DNA from: Cyanobacteriota bacterium
GTDB taxonomy: Bacteria > Cyanobacteriota > Cyanobacteriia > PCC-6307 > Cyanobiaceae
Direction of reading: 5' to 3'
DNA: 64,000 nucleotides
Assembly (NCBI GenBank): GCA_046052125.1
Contig: JBJOMY010000003.1
Coordinates: 256,001 to 320,000, forward strand
The position numbers were made by a program, and so were the translations under genes. Positions 54,022 through 64,000 of the stretch are shown piece after piece (the first letter of the stretch is position 1; every line of letters starts with the position of its first letter). Below the pieces are notes generated by a model. It did no database searches. It saw nothing but the letters and a program-made list of their open reading frames with translations, and was not told where the DNA came from.

Positions 54022-55551
54022 TCAGCTGGCCAGGCGCTCGAGCTTGCGCTGCAGGTAGCGGCCGAAGGGTTCATGGCTGAGGGCCCGGCCGCTCACCTGC
54101 TCCACCAGCTCGGCGGCGTTCACACTGCGCCCGAGCGGATACACCCGCTGCTGCAGCCAGCGGCCGAGCTCCGCGTCATTGCCGGCTTCGAGGATCGCCT
54201 CGATCGGCCCGAGCTCGGCCTCGATCGTTTCGCTCAATTGGGCACTGATCAGATGGCCCAGGGCATAGGAGGGGAAGTAGCCAAACAGGCCCTCGCTCCA
54301 GTGCACGTCCTGCAGGCAGCCTTCGGCGTCGTTGGTTGGTGTGATGCCTAGAAGCTCCTGCATGCCTCGATTCCAGGCCGCAGGCAGCTCTGCCACCGGC
54401 AGATCGCCTTCCACGAACGCCAGCTCCAGCTCGTAGCGCAGCAGCACGTGCAATCCGTAGCTCACCTCATCGGCCTCCACCCGGGTGAGGCCGGCGCGGA
54501 TCGGGTTGAGATCGCGCCAGAAGGCTTGGGCATTGCCCCACACATCGCGGCCCAGTGCTTTGCAGAAGCGGGGGTGCCAGCGCTGCGCCATGGCCTGGCT
54601 GCGGCCGAGGCGGTTTTCATAGAACAGGCTCTGGCTCTCATGCACCGCCATTGAGGTGGCTTCCCCCAGGGGCCAGGGGAACCAGTGCTCGCCCGTGCGC
54701 GGCAGGCCCTGCTCGTAGAGGCTGTGGCCCCATTCGTGGGCGGTGGCGAGAAAGGCTGAAAAGGGTTGGCCTGCCACCACCCGGGTGGTGATGCGGAAGT
54801 CGTCGGGGCCGAGGGTGCAGGAAAAGGGATGGGGTGAGCGTGCCCGCAGGCAGCGCTCCGGGTTGAAGCCCCAGCCGTTCAGCAGTTCGCTGCAGAGCTG
54901 CTCCTGCTGGGGTTCGCTGAGATCCCAGGTCTCGCTGCTGCCCTTGGGCAGGCTCCGCGCCTGCTCCAGCAACGGCGGCAGGAGCTCCCTCAGGGGCAGC
55001 AGCCATTGCGCGAGCTGCTGCTTGCTGATGTCGGGCTCAAACGGTTGGGCCAGGATTTCCCAGGGGCTGCGCGGGCTGCCATCGGGATGAGCCTCCGCGG
55101 GCGCCAGCTGCTGGGCCTGCTCCAGCCGCAGCTCGATCAGCCGTTGCAGGCCTGGCGCAAACAGCGAAAAGTCACTGCGCTGCTTGGCCTCCTGCCAGCG
55201 GCTATAGCCCTCCGCCTGGGCCTGGGCGAGCGCTCCCACCAAGGCGGAATCCAGCCTGCTCTGGCGCGCCAGCTCCTGTTTGAGCAGCCGCAAGTTGTGG
55301 CGTTGCTCAGCGGGAGCATCCGGAGCTAGCTCCTGCTCAGCGCCGGCCAGCAGTTCCTGATAGGCCGCGCTGGTTTGCCGCTCATGCAGTTGCTGTGCCA
55401 GCAGGGCCAGCTGCTCGCCGCGCCAGCCAGCCGCCGCCGCTGGCATCGCCGTGTTTTGGTCGAAATAGAGGGTGCTGTGGATGCCGCCCAGCAGCTGGGT
55501 GGTGTGCAGGTGCTGCCGCAACCGGCTCCAGGAAGAGGAGGTGGTGTCCAT
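54022..55551 (-). CDS. M32 family carboxypeptidase
   Basis: HPF, RITTR, HEWGH..YEQ, HESQS, R.EADEV.Y, GCLQDVHW and GYFPSY. Confidence 0.96.
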   Translation of the reverse strand: MDTTSSSWSRLRQHLHTTQLLGGIHSTLYFDQNTAMPAAAAGWRGEQLALLAQQLHERQTSAAYQELLAGAEQELAPDAPAEQRHNLRLLKQELARQSRLDSALVGALAQAQAEGYSRWQEAKQRSDFSLFAPGLQRLIELRLEQAQQLAPAEAHPDGSPRSPWEILAQPFEPDISKQQLAQWLLPLRELLPPLLEQARSLPKGSSETWDLSEPQQEQLCSELLNGWGFNPERCLRARSPHPFSCTLGPDDFRITTRVVAGQPFSAFLATAHEWGHSLYEQGLPRTGEHWFPWPLGEATSMAVHESQSLFYENRLGRSQAMAQRWHPRFCKALGRDVWGNAQAFWRDLNPIRAGLTRVEADEVSYGLHVLLRYELELAFVEGDLPVAELPAAWNRGMQELLGITPTNDAEGCLQDVHWSEGLFGYFPSYALGHLISAQLSETIEAELGPIEAILEAGNDAELGRWLQQRVYPLGRSVNAAELVEQVSGRALSHEPFGRYLQRKLERLAS

Positions 55552-55952
55552 CAGCTCCAGTGCAGCTCCATGTTGATGGTGCCCTCCAGGCTGAGTTTCA
55601 CCGGGCACTGCTCAGCGGCCCGCTGCAGCAGTGTCCGCTGTTGCGCATCCAGGTGCGCCGGCAGGCTCACCCACACCTTGAGTTGGGCGATGCGCCGCGG
55701 AGACTCGCTGGTCATTGTTTTTTCCACCCGCGCCTCGCAGCCCTTGAGATCCAAGCCATGACGCTCGGCCACGATCCCCATGATCGTGAGCATGCAGGTG
55801 CTCAGGGATGTGGCCACCAGGTCGGTGGGTGAAAAGCGCTCGCCTTTGCCTTGGTTGTCGGTGGGGGCATCGGTTTCCAGCTCCGTGCCCGAAGGCCCAT
55901 GGCTCGCCTTGCAACGCAGCTCTCCCTGGTAAACGCTGTCGATAACGGTCAT
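55551..55952 (-). CDS. OsmC family protein
   Basis: TDAP.DN.GKG..FSPTDL, the first Cys in LSTC and the second in CPV. Confidence 0.92.
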   Translation of the reverse strand: MTVIDSVYQGELRCKASHGPSGTELETDAPTDNQGKGERFSPTDLVATSLSTCMLTIMGIVAERHGLDLKGCEARVEKTMTSESPRRIAQLKVWVSLPAHLDAQQRTLLQRAAEQCPVKLSLEGTINMELHWS

Positions 55953-56030
55953 GGCCCCGCCCGCACTGCCGGCAGCTTGGCAGTTCTGGCAAGGCTCGCT
56001 TGAGTGAAGGCACGGCGTTGGCCCATCTCC

Positions 56031-56468
56031 ATGAACCTGTTGGCTCTGATTGCCGCCCCCCAGGCGGGGGCTCCGGTGATGGGGCTGGCGAAAGCGATCC
56101 AGCTGTCTGTGGCACCGGTGTTCCTGCTCACGGCGATTGCCGGGGTGCTGGGGGTGATCAGCAACCGGCTGGCGCGGGTGCTGGATCGGGCTCGAGAGAT
56201 CCATGGGCCGGCGATGGACAGCCAGGACATGCAGTTGTTGCGCCGGCGGATGGGGCTGCTGTCACGGGCGATCGAGAGCGTCACGATCACGGGGGTGCTG
56301 GTGTCGGCGGTGGTCGCGGTGACCTTCATCAGCGCCATCACCGTGGTCGACCTAGCCCCGATCGTGGTGCCGCTGTTTGTGGTGGCGATGCTGGCCTTGA
56401 TCGCGGGGCTGCTGCTGTTGTTGCTGGATACCCGCTTGGCGTCACGGATGATGCGTCGTCGCTTCTGA
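56031..56468 (+). CDS. DUF2721-like membrane protein
   Basis: IQLSVAPVFLL, NRLARVLDR.R and three TMs. Confidence 0.85.
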   Translation: MNLLALIAAPQAGAPVMGLAKAIQLSVAPVFLLTAIAGVLGVISNRLARVLDRAREIHGPAMDSQDMQLLRRRMGLLSRAIESVTITGVLVSAVVAVTFISAITVVDLAPIVVPLFVVAMLALIAGLLLLLLDTRLASRMMRRRF

Positions 56469-56876
56469 GCGGCAGTTGCAGAGCTGATCGAGATCGGGGC
56501 GTCGCGTCAGCGGCAAGCGCCACCGGGCCCAAAGGCCGTAGGCAACATCGGCGAGTTGGCGCAGCCCGGGCCAGGCGCTGGGGGCATAGAGCCAGCCCAG
56601 GCCGATCAGCCGGTAGGCAGCCCTGAACACCTCCACATCCCGCAGCACCGTGCCATCGGCCTGGATGGCGTGGATGCGGCCCATCGCCTCGCGGTAGCTG
56701 ATGCCGTTGTGCTGATCGGGGTTGTAGTCAGCGGCATCGATATCCACAAACGCCAGCCGCGCCGCATCCGGGTGCAGCCGTTGATCCCGCTTGCGCAGAA
56801 AGGTCACCTCCCGCAGGCAGAGCGGGCAGCCTCCGTCGTAGAGGAGGGTGAGCTGGGGGCTGGGTGCGCTGCTCAT
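56442..56876 (-). CDS. DCC family thiol-disulfide oxidoreductase (DUF393)
   Basis: LLYDGGCPLC motif. Confidence 0.92.
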   Translation of the reverse strand: MSSAPSPQLTLLYDGGCPLCLREVTFLRKRDQRLHPDAARLAFVDIDAADYNPDQHNGISYREAMGRIHAIQADGTVLRDVEVFRAAYRLIGLGWLYAPSAWPGLRQLADVAYGLWARWRLPLTRRPDLDQLCNCRSEATTHHP

Positions 56877-56968
56877 GGGCTTCAGCCACAGGCTTCAACG
56901 TACCCACCGCGCCCTGGTCAGCGGCGTGCAGCCCCCGTACGGTTCACCGGTGTGGACCCCCTTGCGTG

Positions 56969-57418
56969 ATGCGCCAGCACCTCACCAGGCTCGCCGTTCA
57001 GACCAGCGGCGAGGGCTTCACCGATCTCACAGCCGCCCTGAATCGCGAGATTGCTGCAAGCGGCCTGCAACAAGGCATCGCTCAACTGGTGGCTTTGCAC
57101 ACCAGTTGCTCACTCACCGTGAATGAGAACGCCGACCCGCGAGTGCTGCGGGATCTCACCACCTACCTCCGTGCCCTCGTGCCCGAAGAAGGGGTGCGTT
57201 CCCTCAGCGGCCATGGCGATCTGCAGCGCTATGCCCACGACGATGAAGGCCCCGACGACATGCCGGCCCACATCCGCACGGCCCTCACCACCACAAGCCT
57301 GGGTTTGTCGTTTGATCGAGGTCGGCTGGTGCTGGGCACCTGGCAGGCGGTGTATCTCTGGGAGCACCGGGCTCGCGCTCACCAGCGCCAGCTCAGCCTC
57401 CACCTCATCGGCGAGTGA
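56969..57418 (+). CDS. YjbQ/UPF0047 family protein
   Basis: HTS.SL..NENADP, H..EGPDDM.AH and LGTWQ...L.EHR. Confidence 0.93.
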   Translation: MRQHLTRLAVQTSGEGFTDLTAALNREIAASGLQQGIAQLVALHTSCSLTVNENADPRVLRDLTTYLRALVPEEGVRSLSGHGDLQRYAHDDEGPDDMPAHIRTALTTTSLGLSFDRGRLVLGTWQAVYLWEHRARAHQRQLSLHLIGE

Positions 57419-57426
57419 CCTCAGCC

Positions 57427-57705
57427 ATGACCAGCCCGATCACCGTGACCCACAACCCTGGCTCCGATCAGTTGGAGCAACTGGGGGTTCAGGGCTGGCC
57501 GATCTGGAGCTGCGGTGTCAGCCGTTTCCCCTGGACCTACGACGAGCAGGAGACCTGCTTGCTGCTCGAAGGCGATGTGACGGTGACGCCTGATGGCGGA
57601 GAACCCGTGCGATTCGGCGCTGGTGATCTGGTGGTGTTTGAAGCAGGCCTGAGTTGCACCTGGGATGTGCATGCTCCGGTGCGTAAGCACTACCGCTTCG
57701 GTTGA
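57427..57705 (+). CDS. Cupin domain protein (DUF861-like)
   Basis: WPIW, FPW.Y...ETC..LEG, GDLV.F and W.V...VRKHY. Confidence 0.92.
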   Translation: MTSPITVTHNPGSDQLEQLGVQGWPIWSCGVSRFPWTYDEQETCLLLEGDVTVTPDGGEPVRFGAGDLVVFEAGLSCTWDVHAPVRKHYRFG

Positions 57706-57736
57706 GCCAGGCTGGTGAAAATCCTCCATCGAGTCG

Positions 57737-58024
57737 ATGGCTGCCAGTCCCCTCACCCCCGATCAGATCCAGGCCCTGCCCCAACAGCTACCGGCTTGGA
57801 GCCTTGTGAACGGAAAGCTGCGCCGTGAGCTTCGCTTCGCCGACTTTGTGGAGGCGTTCGGGTTCATGAGCCGCGTGGCCCTGGTGGCGGAGGCCATGGG
57901 CCACCACCCGGAGTGGAGCAACGTCTGGAATCGGGTGGTGATCGAGCTCACCACCCACGACACCGGTGGGCTCTCCAACCTCGACGTGCAGCTTGCTCAA
58001 CGCATCGACGACCTGGTCAGCTGA
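57737..58024 (+). CDS. Pterin-4-alpha-carbinolamine dehydratase family protein
   Basis: F.DF..AFGFM, HHPEW, LTTHD.GGL and D..LA..ID. Confidence 0.94.
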   Translation: MAASPLTPDQIQALPQQLPAWSLVNGKLRRELRFADFVEAFGFMSRVALVAEAMGHHPEWSNVWNRVVIELTTHDTGGLSNLDVQLAQRIDDLVS

Positions 58025-58045
58025 GCCCAGCTGCACGCCTCAGGC

Positions 58046-60676
<2,631 letters not shown>

Positions 60677-60811
60677 AACAACCTCCCTTTTGGGGTGGGA
60701 TGCAGGAACCGTATGGCCGTTCCCAGGCCTTGGAGGAGAGGAGAACCGAAATCTCCGTTTCGGTCCTCCCCCCAGTGGTGGTGCAGCCCGGCCTGACGCG
60801 TCGGTTAACCG

Positions 60812-61174
60812 TCAGCGCGGTGCGCCGTTGTAGCCGACGTTGGTGATGCTGCGTCCATCCGGGGACACGGTCAGCTCGGTTTCGGTGGTCGGTGCCAGGC
60901 CCTCCTGCTGCCAGCCGGGGGCGCCGCCCAGGAAGCGGAACGTGTAGCCCTGGTTGTTGGTTTGGATCAGGCAGGAGCCGCCACCGTCGCCGGTGTTGAA
61001 CATGCAAGCCGCCGGCACGTAGGTCGACAGGCCGCCGTTGGTGTTCACAGCCCAGTTGCGGGCCAGGTTCACGGCACGCACGTTGGAATCACTCACTTGG
61101 GCCAGGGCTGCACCGGCCGACACCACGGCTGCGGCAGCGGCGATCAAGGAGAGACGCAAAGAGTTCTTCGCCAT
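60812..61174 (-). CDS. Small secreted protein with two Cys
   Basis: Signal peptide ending ALA, then NLARNWAVNTNGGLSTY.PAACMF and FRFLGGAPGWQQ. Confidence 0.8.
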   Translation of the reverse strand: MAKNSLRLSLIAAAAAVVSAGAALAQVSDSNVRAVNLARNWAVNTNGGLSTYVPAACMFNTGDGGGSCLIQTNNQGYTFRFLGGAPGWQQEGLAPTTETELTVSPDGRSITNVGYNGAPR

Positions 61175-61284
61175 CGGGAGAGGGATGTCGCCTGTTCAGT
61201 GTGGCGATCTACAGCAGGTTGCGCTGCAGCGCTGACGCAGCACTTCACTCCTGCTACCACTGCCGCATCGCTCTTCATCTGCCC

Positions 61285-62304
61285 GTGATCGCGTCCTCCT
61301 CCGTTCGGCGGCATCTGCTGCGCTGGCTGGCTCCCGCTTTGCTCGTGGCCAGCCTGCAGCCTTCAGCCCTGCTGGCCCGTGGCGGTGGCGGTGGCCATGG
61401 CGGCGGCGGTGGCGGCGGAGAGCATTTCGGTGGTGGCGGAGGAGGCGGTGGCGGTGAGCGCTTCCGCGACGGCGGTGGTGGTGGCTATCGCGGCGGCGGC
61501 GGAGGTGGCTATCGCGGTGGCGGCGGCGGCTATCACCATGTGTACGGCGGCGGCGCCCGCACGCCGGCACTGGGGCGCAACATCAGCCGCGACGACTACA
61601 ACCGCGCCACCAATGGCGGTCGCGATCGCTTTGATGCCAACCGCCTGGGCTGGGGCAATCGCAACTGGAACGACGGCGATTGGCGCGGGAACAATTGGCG
61701 CGGCAACAATTGGCGCGGGAACAACTGGGGCTACAACAACTGGGGGAACCGCTGGAATGGCGGTTGGAACAACAACTGGGCCAACGGTGGCTACTGGGGC
61801 GATCGCTCCTGGAGCTACGGCTGGTACAACTGGTCGCCCAACACCTGGGGTTGGTGGGGTGAGAACTCCGGCGGCTGGGGCCTGGCGGGTCTGGCCACCG
61901 GAGCAGTGATCACCGATCTGGTGGATCAAGCCAGTGATCAACAGTCCTCGGTGATTGAGGTGCCGGATAGCAACTACCAGCTCAACTACGGCACGGTGGA
62001 TGCCGTGGGTAATAGCGGCGCCAACTTCAGCTATTCCGTGGCCAACAGCCCGCCGGTGCAGGGGGGCGTGGATTGCCAAGACGGCCTGCTGGATGGTCAG
62101 GTGCCCTCCACCGCGGCCCAGGCTCAGCTCCTCAATGCCGCCTGTCAGGTGGCCTATGGCCCAGATCCCAAGGGTCAATCCCTGCCGCGGTTGTGGTCCC
62201 CATCGCCGGCGGTGCGCGAGTGGCTGATTTTGTTGCTCGGGGCCGGGATCGGATTCGGTGGTTATGCGCTGGCTAAACGCGGCCAATCCAGCCGTTCTGT
62301 ATGA
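61285..62304 (+). CDS. Exported Gly/Arg- and Asn/Trp/Gly-rich protein with C-terminal membrane anchor (paralog A)
   Basis: GTG 61285; VRRHLL plus a hydrophobic signal, low-complexity repeats, a two-Cys domain shared with the next gene, and a terminal TM followed by KR. Confidence 0.82.
   Translation: MIASSSVRRHLLRWLAPALLVASLQPSALLARGGGGGHGGGGGGGEHFGGGGGGGGGERFRDGGGGGYRGGGGGGYRGGGGGYHHVYGGGARTPALGRNISRDDYNRATNGGRDRFDANRLGWGNRNWNDGDWRGNNWRGNNWRGNNWGYNNWGNRWNGGWNNNWANGGYWGDRSWSYGWYNWSPNTWGWWGENSGGWGLAGLATGAVITDLVDQASDQQSSVIEVPDSNYQLNYGTVDAVGNSGANFSYSVANSPPVQGGVDCQDGLLDGQVPSTAAQAQLLNAACQVAYGPDPKGQSLPRLWSPSPAVREWLILLLGAGIGFGGYALAKRGQSSRSV
61681..61740 (+). repeat. Four 15-bp tandem units encoding WRGNN x3 + WGYNN
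   Basis: tggcgcgggaacaat / tggcgcggcaacaat / tggcgcgggaacaac / tggggctacaacaac. Confidence 0.9.
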
Positions 62305-62390
62305 CAGAGCGCTTCAATCACGCTGCGCGAAGCCCGTATGGCTACTCAGCCTGGGGATGACCACTCGCCTGGATTCCCCAGTTGCGTGCG

Positions 62391-63110
62391 ATGCCTTCAT
62401 TGAAACGGATTTCTCTCGCTGCCTGTTCGGCGTTGCTGCTCTCCTCTGCCCTGCTGCCTCTCGCCGCTGATGCCCGAGGCGGTGGCGGTGGTGGTGGTGG
62501 CGGACACGGCGGTGGTGGCGGTCGAGGCTGGGGTGGTGCCGGTGGAGCAGGGCGCAACTGGGGCGGAGGCGACTATCACTTCCAGAACAACGATTGGCAG
62601 CGCGGCTACCAAGGCAATCACCCGATGTATGGAGCTGGTGCTAGAGACAGCTTCAATAACGATCGGGTCAACGTCAACAACAACTTCTACCGCCGCGATT
62701 ACAACGGCTGGAACAACAACTGGCGCAATGGCGGTTACTGGAATAACCGCCCCTGGAATGCCGGTTGGTATGGCGGCTGGGGCGGTTGGGGCTGGTGGGG
62801 CTCCAATGCAGCTGCCTGGGGAATCGCCGGTCTGGCTGCTGGATCGGCCATCACGGGTTTGGTGGATGCGGCAGCCAACAACAGCTCACCTGTGATCGTG
62901 GTGCCAAATACCAGTTATGAGCTCAACTATGGCTCGGTGGAGAGCGTGGGTACGTATGGCGTGAGCTTCAACTACAACGTGGATGGCAGTGCCCTGATGG
63001 GCGCGGCTGATTGTCAGCAAGGCCTGCTCAACGGTCAGATCCCCGGCACGCAAGATCAGGCCCAGTTGCTGAACGCCGTGTGTCAGGTGGCCTACGGCTC
63101 AGGCAGCTGA
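62391..63110 (+). CDS. Exported Gly- and Asn/Trp/Gly-rich protein without anchor (paralog B)
   Basis: Signal peptide ending ADA, then RGGG, an N/W/G-rich region and the same two-Cys domain; ends at CQVAYGSGS. Confidence 0.85.
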   Translation: MPSLKRISLAACSALLLSSALLPLAADARGGGGGGGGGHGGGGGRGWGGAGGAGRNWGGGDYHFQNNDWQRGYQGNHPMYGAGARDSFNNDRVNVNNNFYRRDYNGWNNNWRNGGYWNNRPWNAGWYGGWGGWGWWGSNAAAWGIAGLAAGSAITGLVDAAANNSSPVIVVPNTSYELNYGSVESVGTYGVSFNYNVDGSALMGAADCQQGLLNGQIPGTQDQAQLLNAVCQVAYGSGS

Positions 63111-63481
63111 ACACGCTTGCCCGATAGGTCCACCCCAGCAGGAAGGGGGACCGTGCCCTGGTTCTGCCCGCAGAGACGCTGCGGGCAGCCATCCGCTCCA
63201 TAGATGGCGTCGTTCGGGGAGAGACAGCCCAATTTGTTCTTAGCGGTGACTTCCGTTGTGGGTAGCCGCATCGGCTGGATCTCGCCAGCGTTCAGGTTCA
63301 CGATGGCGGGGCAGCTGCTCGGCGACAGGAAGGGCTGGCCGCTTTTGAACACAGCGGGTGTTCCGCCGCCGCGAATGAGCTTCAAGGGGGGATCATTGCT
63401 CGCGCTCTGGGCCAGGGCGCTGCTGCTGAGCAGGATCAGGGGCACGACCAGGCGTCCCAGGGGCGCTGCGGCGATGGGCAT
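63092..63481 (-). CDS. Small secreted protein with four Cys
   Basis: ATG 63481; signal ending ALA; SCP...GCLSPNDAIYGADGCPQRLCG. Confidence 0.7.
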   Translation of the reverse strand: MPIAAAPLGRLVVPLILLSSSALAQSASNDPPLKLIRGGGTPAVFKSGQPFLSPSSCPAIVNLNAGEIQPMRLPTTEVTAKNKLGCLSPNDAIYGADGCPQRLCGQNQGTVPLPAGVDLSGKRVQLPEP

Positions 63482-63513
63482 GATGGCGCTGCAGTGGCGC
63501 ACCAGTGTGGCGA

Positions 63514-63729
63514 ATGGTTGAGGAGTCAAGGTCAGAGCTGGTGAAACGACTGGCGCAGGAGTCCTTTGGGTTTGACGGCACCGCCACGGATCCCGAGCGC
63601 AATTGCTGGCTGGTGGTGCATCGCCATGTCCACGGAGTGTTGCCGAGTGAGTACGACATCCGCGAGATTGACGAGGATCTTTACCTCGCCGTGCTTGAGC
63701 AGCGCAAGCTGACAACGGCCTCGGATTGA
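63514..63729 (+). CDS. Small hypothetical protein
   Basis: 71-aa ORF with CWLVVHRHVHGVLPSEYDIREIDEDLYL. Confidence 0.75.
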   Translation: MVEESRSELVKRLAQESFGFDGTATDPERNCWLVVHRHVHGVLPSEYDIREIDEDLYLAVLEQRKLTTASD

Positions 63730-63902
63730 GCGGGCTTCGGCTTGGCTCCAGGTAGCGGTGCAATGGCAGGAAGCCGGGCTTCCTGCAGGAAACGCACAAC
63801 GGCGGCAATGCGATCGTTTTGGCTGCTACCCATCGCCCGCTGAGGTGTGTCTGTTCATCACCATCGCTCTGGCGAGGTCAGAACGCAACGAGCTCAAGAC
63901 AC

Positions 63903-63931
63903 AAAAAAGCCGCCCTGCATCGAGGGCGGCT
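63903..63931 (-). terminator. Intrinsic terminator downstream of petJ
   Basis: The + strand reads AAAAAA-GCCGCCCT-GCATCG-AGGGCGGC-T. Confidence 0.88.
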
Positions 63932-63957
63932 GAGTCAAGTGAAGCGAGCGAGCTGGA

Positions 63958-64000
63958 TCAGGCCCAGCCTTTCTGGCTCATGGACTCCACGTAGGCAGCC
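63958..64000 (-). CDS. petJ: C-terminus of a cytochrome c6-like protein (runs off window end)
   Basis: Hand translation gives AAYVESMSQKGWA*, matching the cytochrome c6 terminal pattern AAYV..QA..GW; only 13 residues are visible. Confidence 0.7.
   Translation of the reverse strand, partial: AAYVESMSQKGWA

Noticed and set aside
60735..60775. K-box or CIRCE heat-shock element upstream of clpB
   Set aside because: No TTAGCACTC-N9-GAGTGCTAA is present, and there is only a partial TTCGG match to the K-box consensus.
61380..61740. GGC/GGT runs and 15-bp repeats as a CRISPR array or contingency microsatellite
   Set aside because: There are no unique spacers or cas genes; the units are in-frame multiples of 3 with synonymous variation, so they are protein repeats.

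Overview
High-GC picocyanobacterial chromosome segment (Cyanobium/Synechococcus-like, inferred from gene content such as psb27, petJ, Tic22 and CAB-domain HemH). It is mostly core genes: ilvB, hemH, cobO, pyrH, frr, tal, ftsI, lepB, proS, psb27, purA, argB, priA, rpoD, hemC and clpB. The left end carries a contiguous bidirectional [NiFe]-hydrogenase cluster (hoxEFUYH-hoxW-hypA-hypB) directly behind ppsA. Accessory-looking elements include a lipid-linked glycosylation module after rpoD, an atypical ClC protein after hemC, an orphan tyrosine recombinase, and a 3 kb block of small secreted proteins between clpB and petJ. The best candidate for an undescribed system is a tandem paralog pair (61285-63110) of exported Gly/Arg- and Asn/Trp/Gly-rich low-complexity proteins that share a two-Cys C-terminal domain; one has a C-terminal membrane anchor and the other does not. 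Second is a stand-alone HTH gene preceded by 10-bp-phased TG(A/G)GAC repeats, whose core recurs in a palindrome upstream of the ftsL-like/ftsI genes. No tRNA, rRNA, CRISPR array or IS element was recognised. All calls come from reading motifs by eye; no database searches were run.
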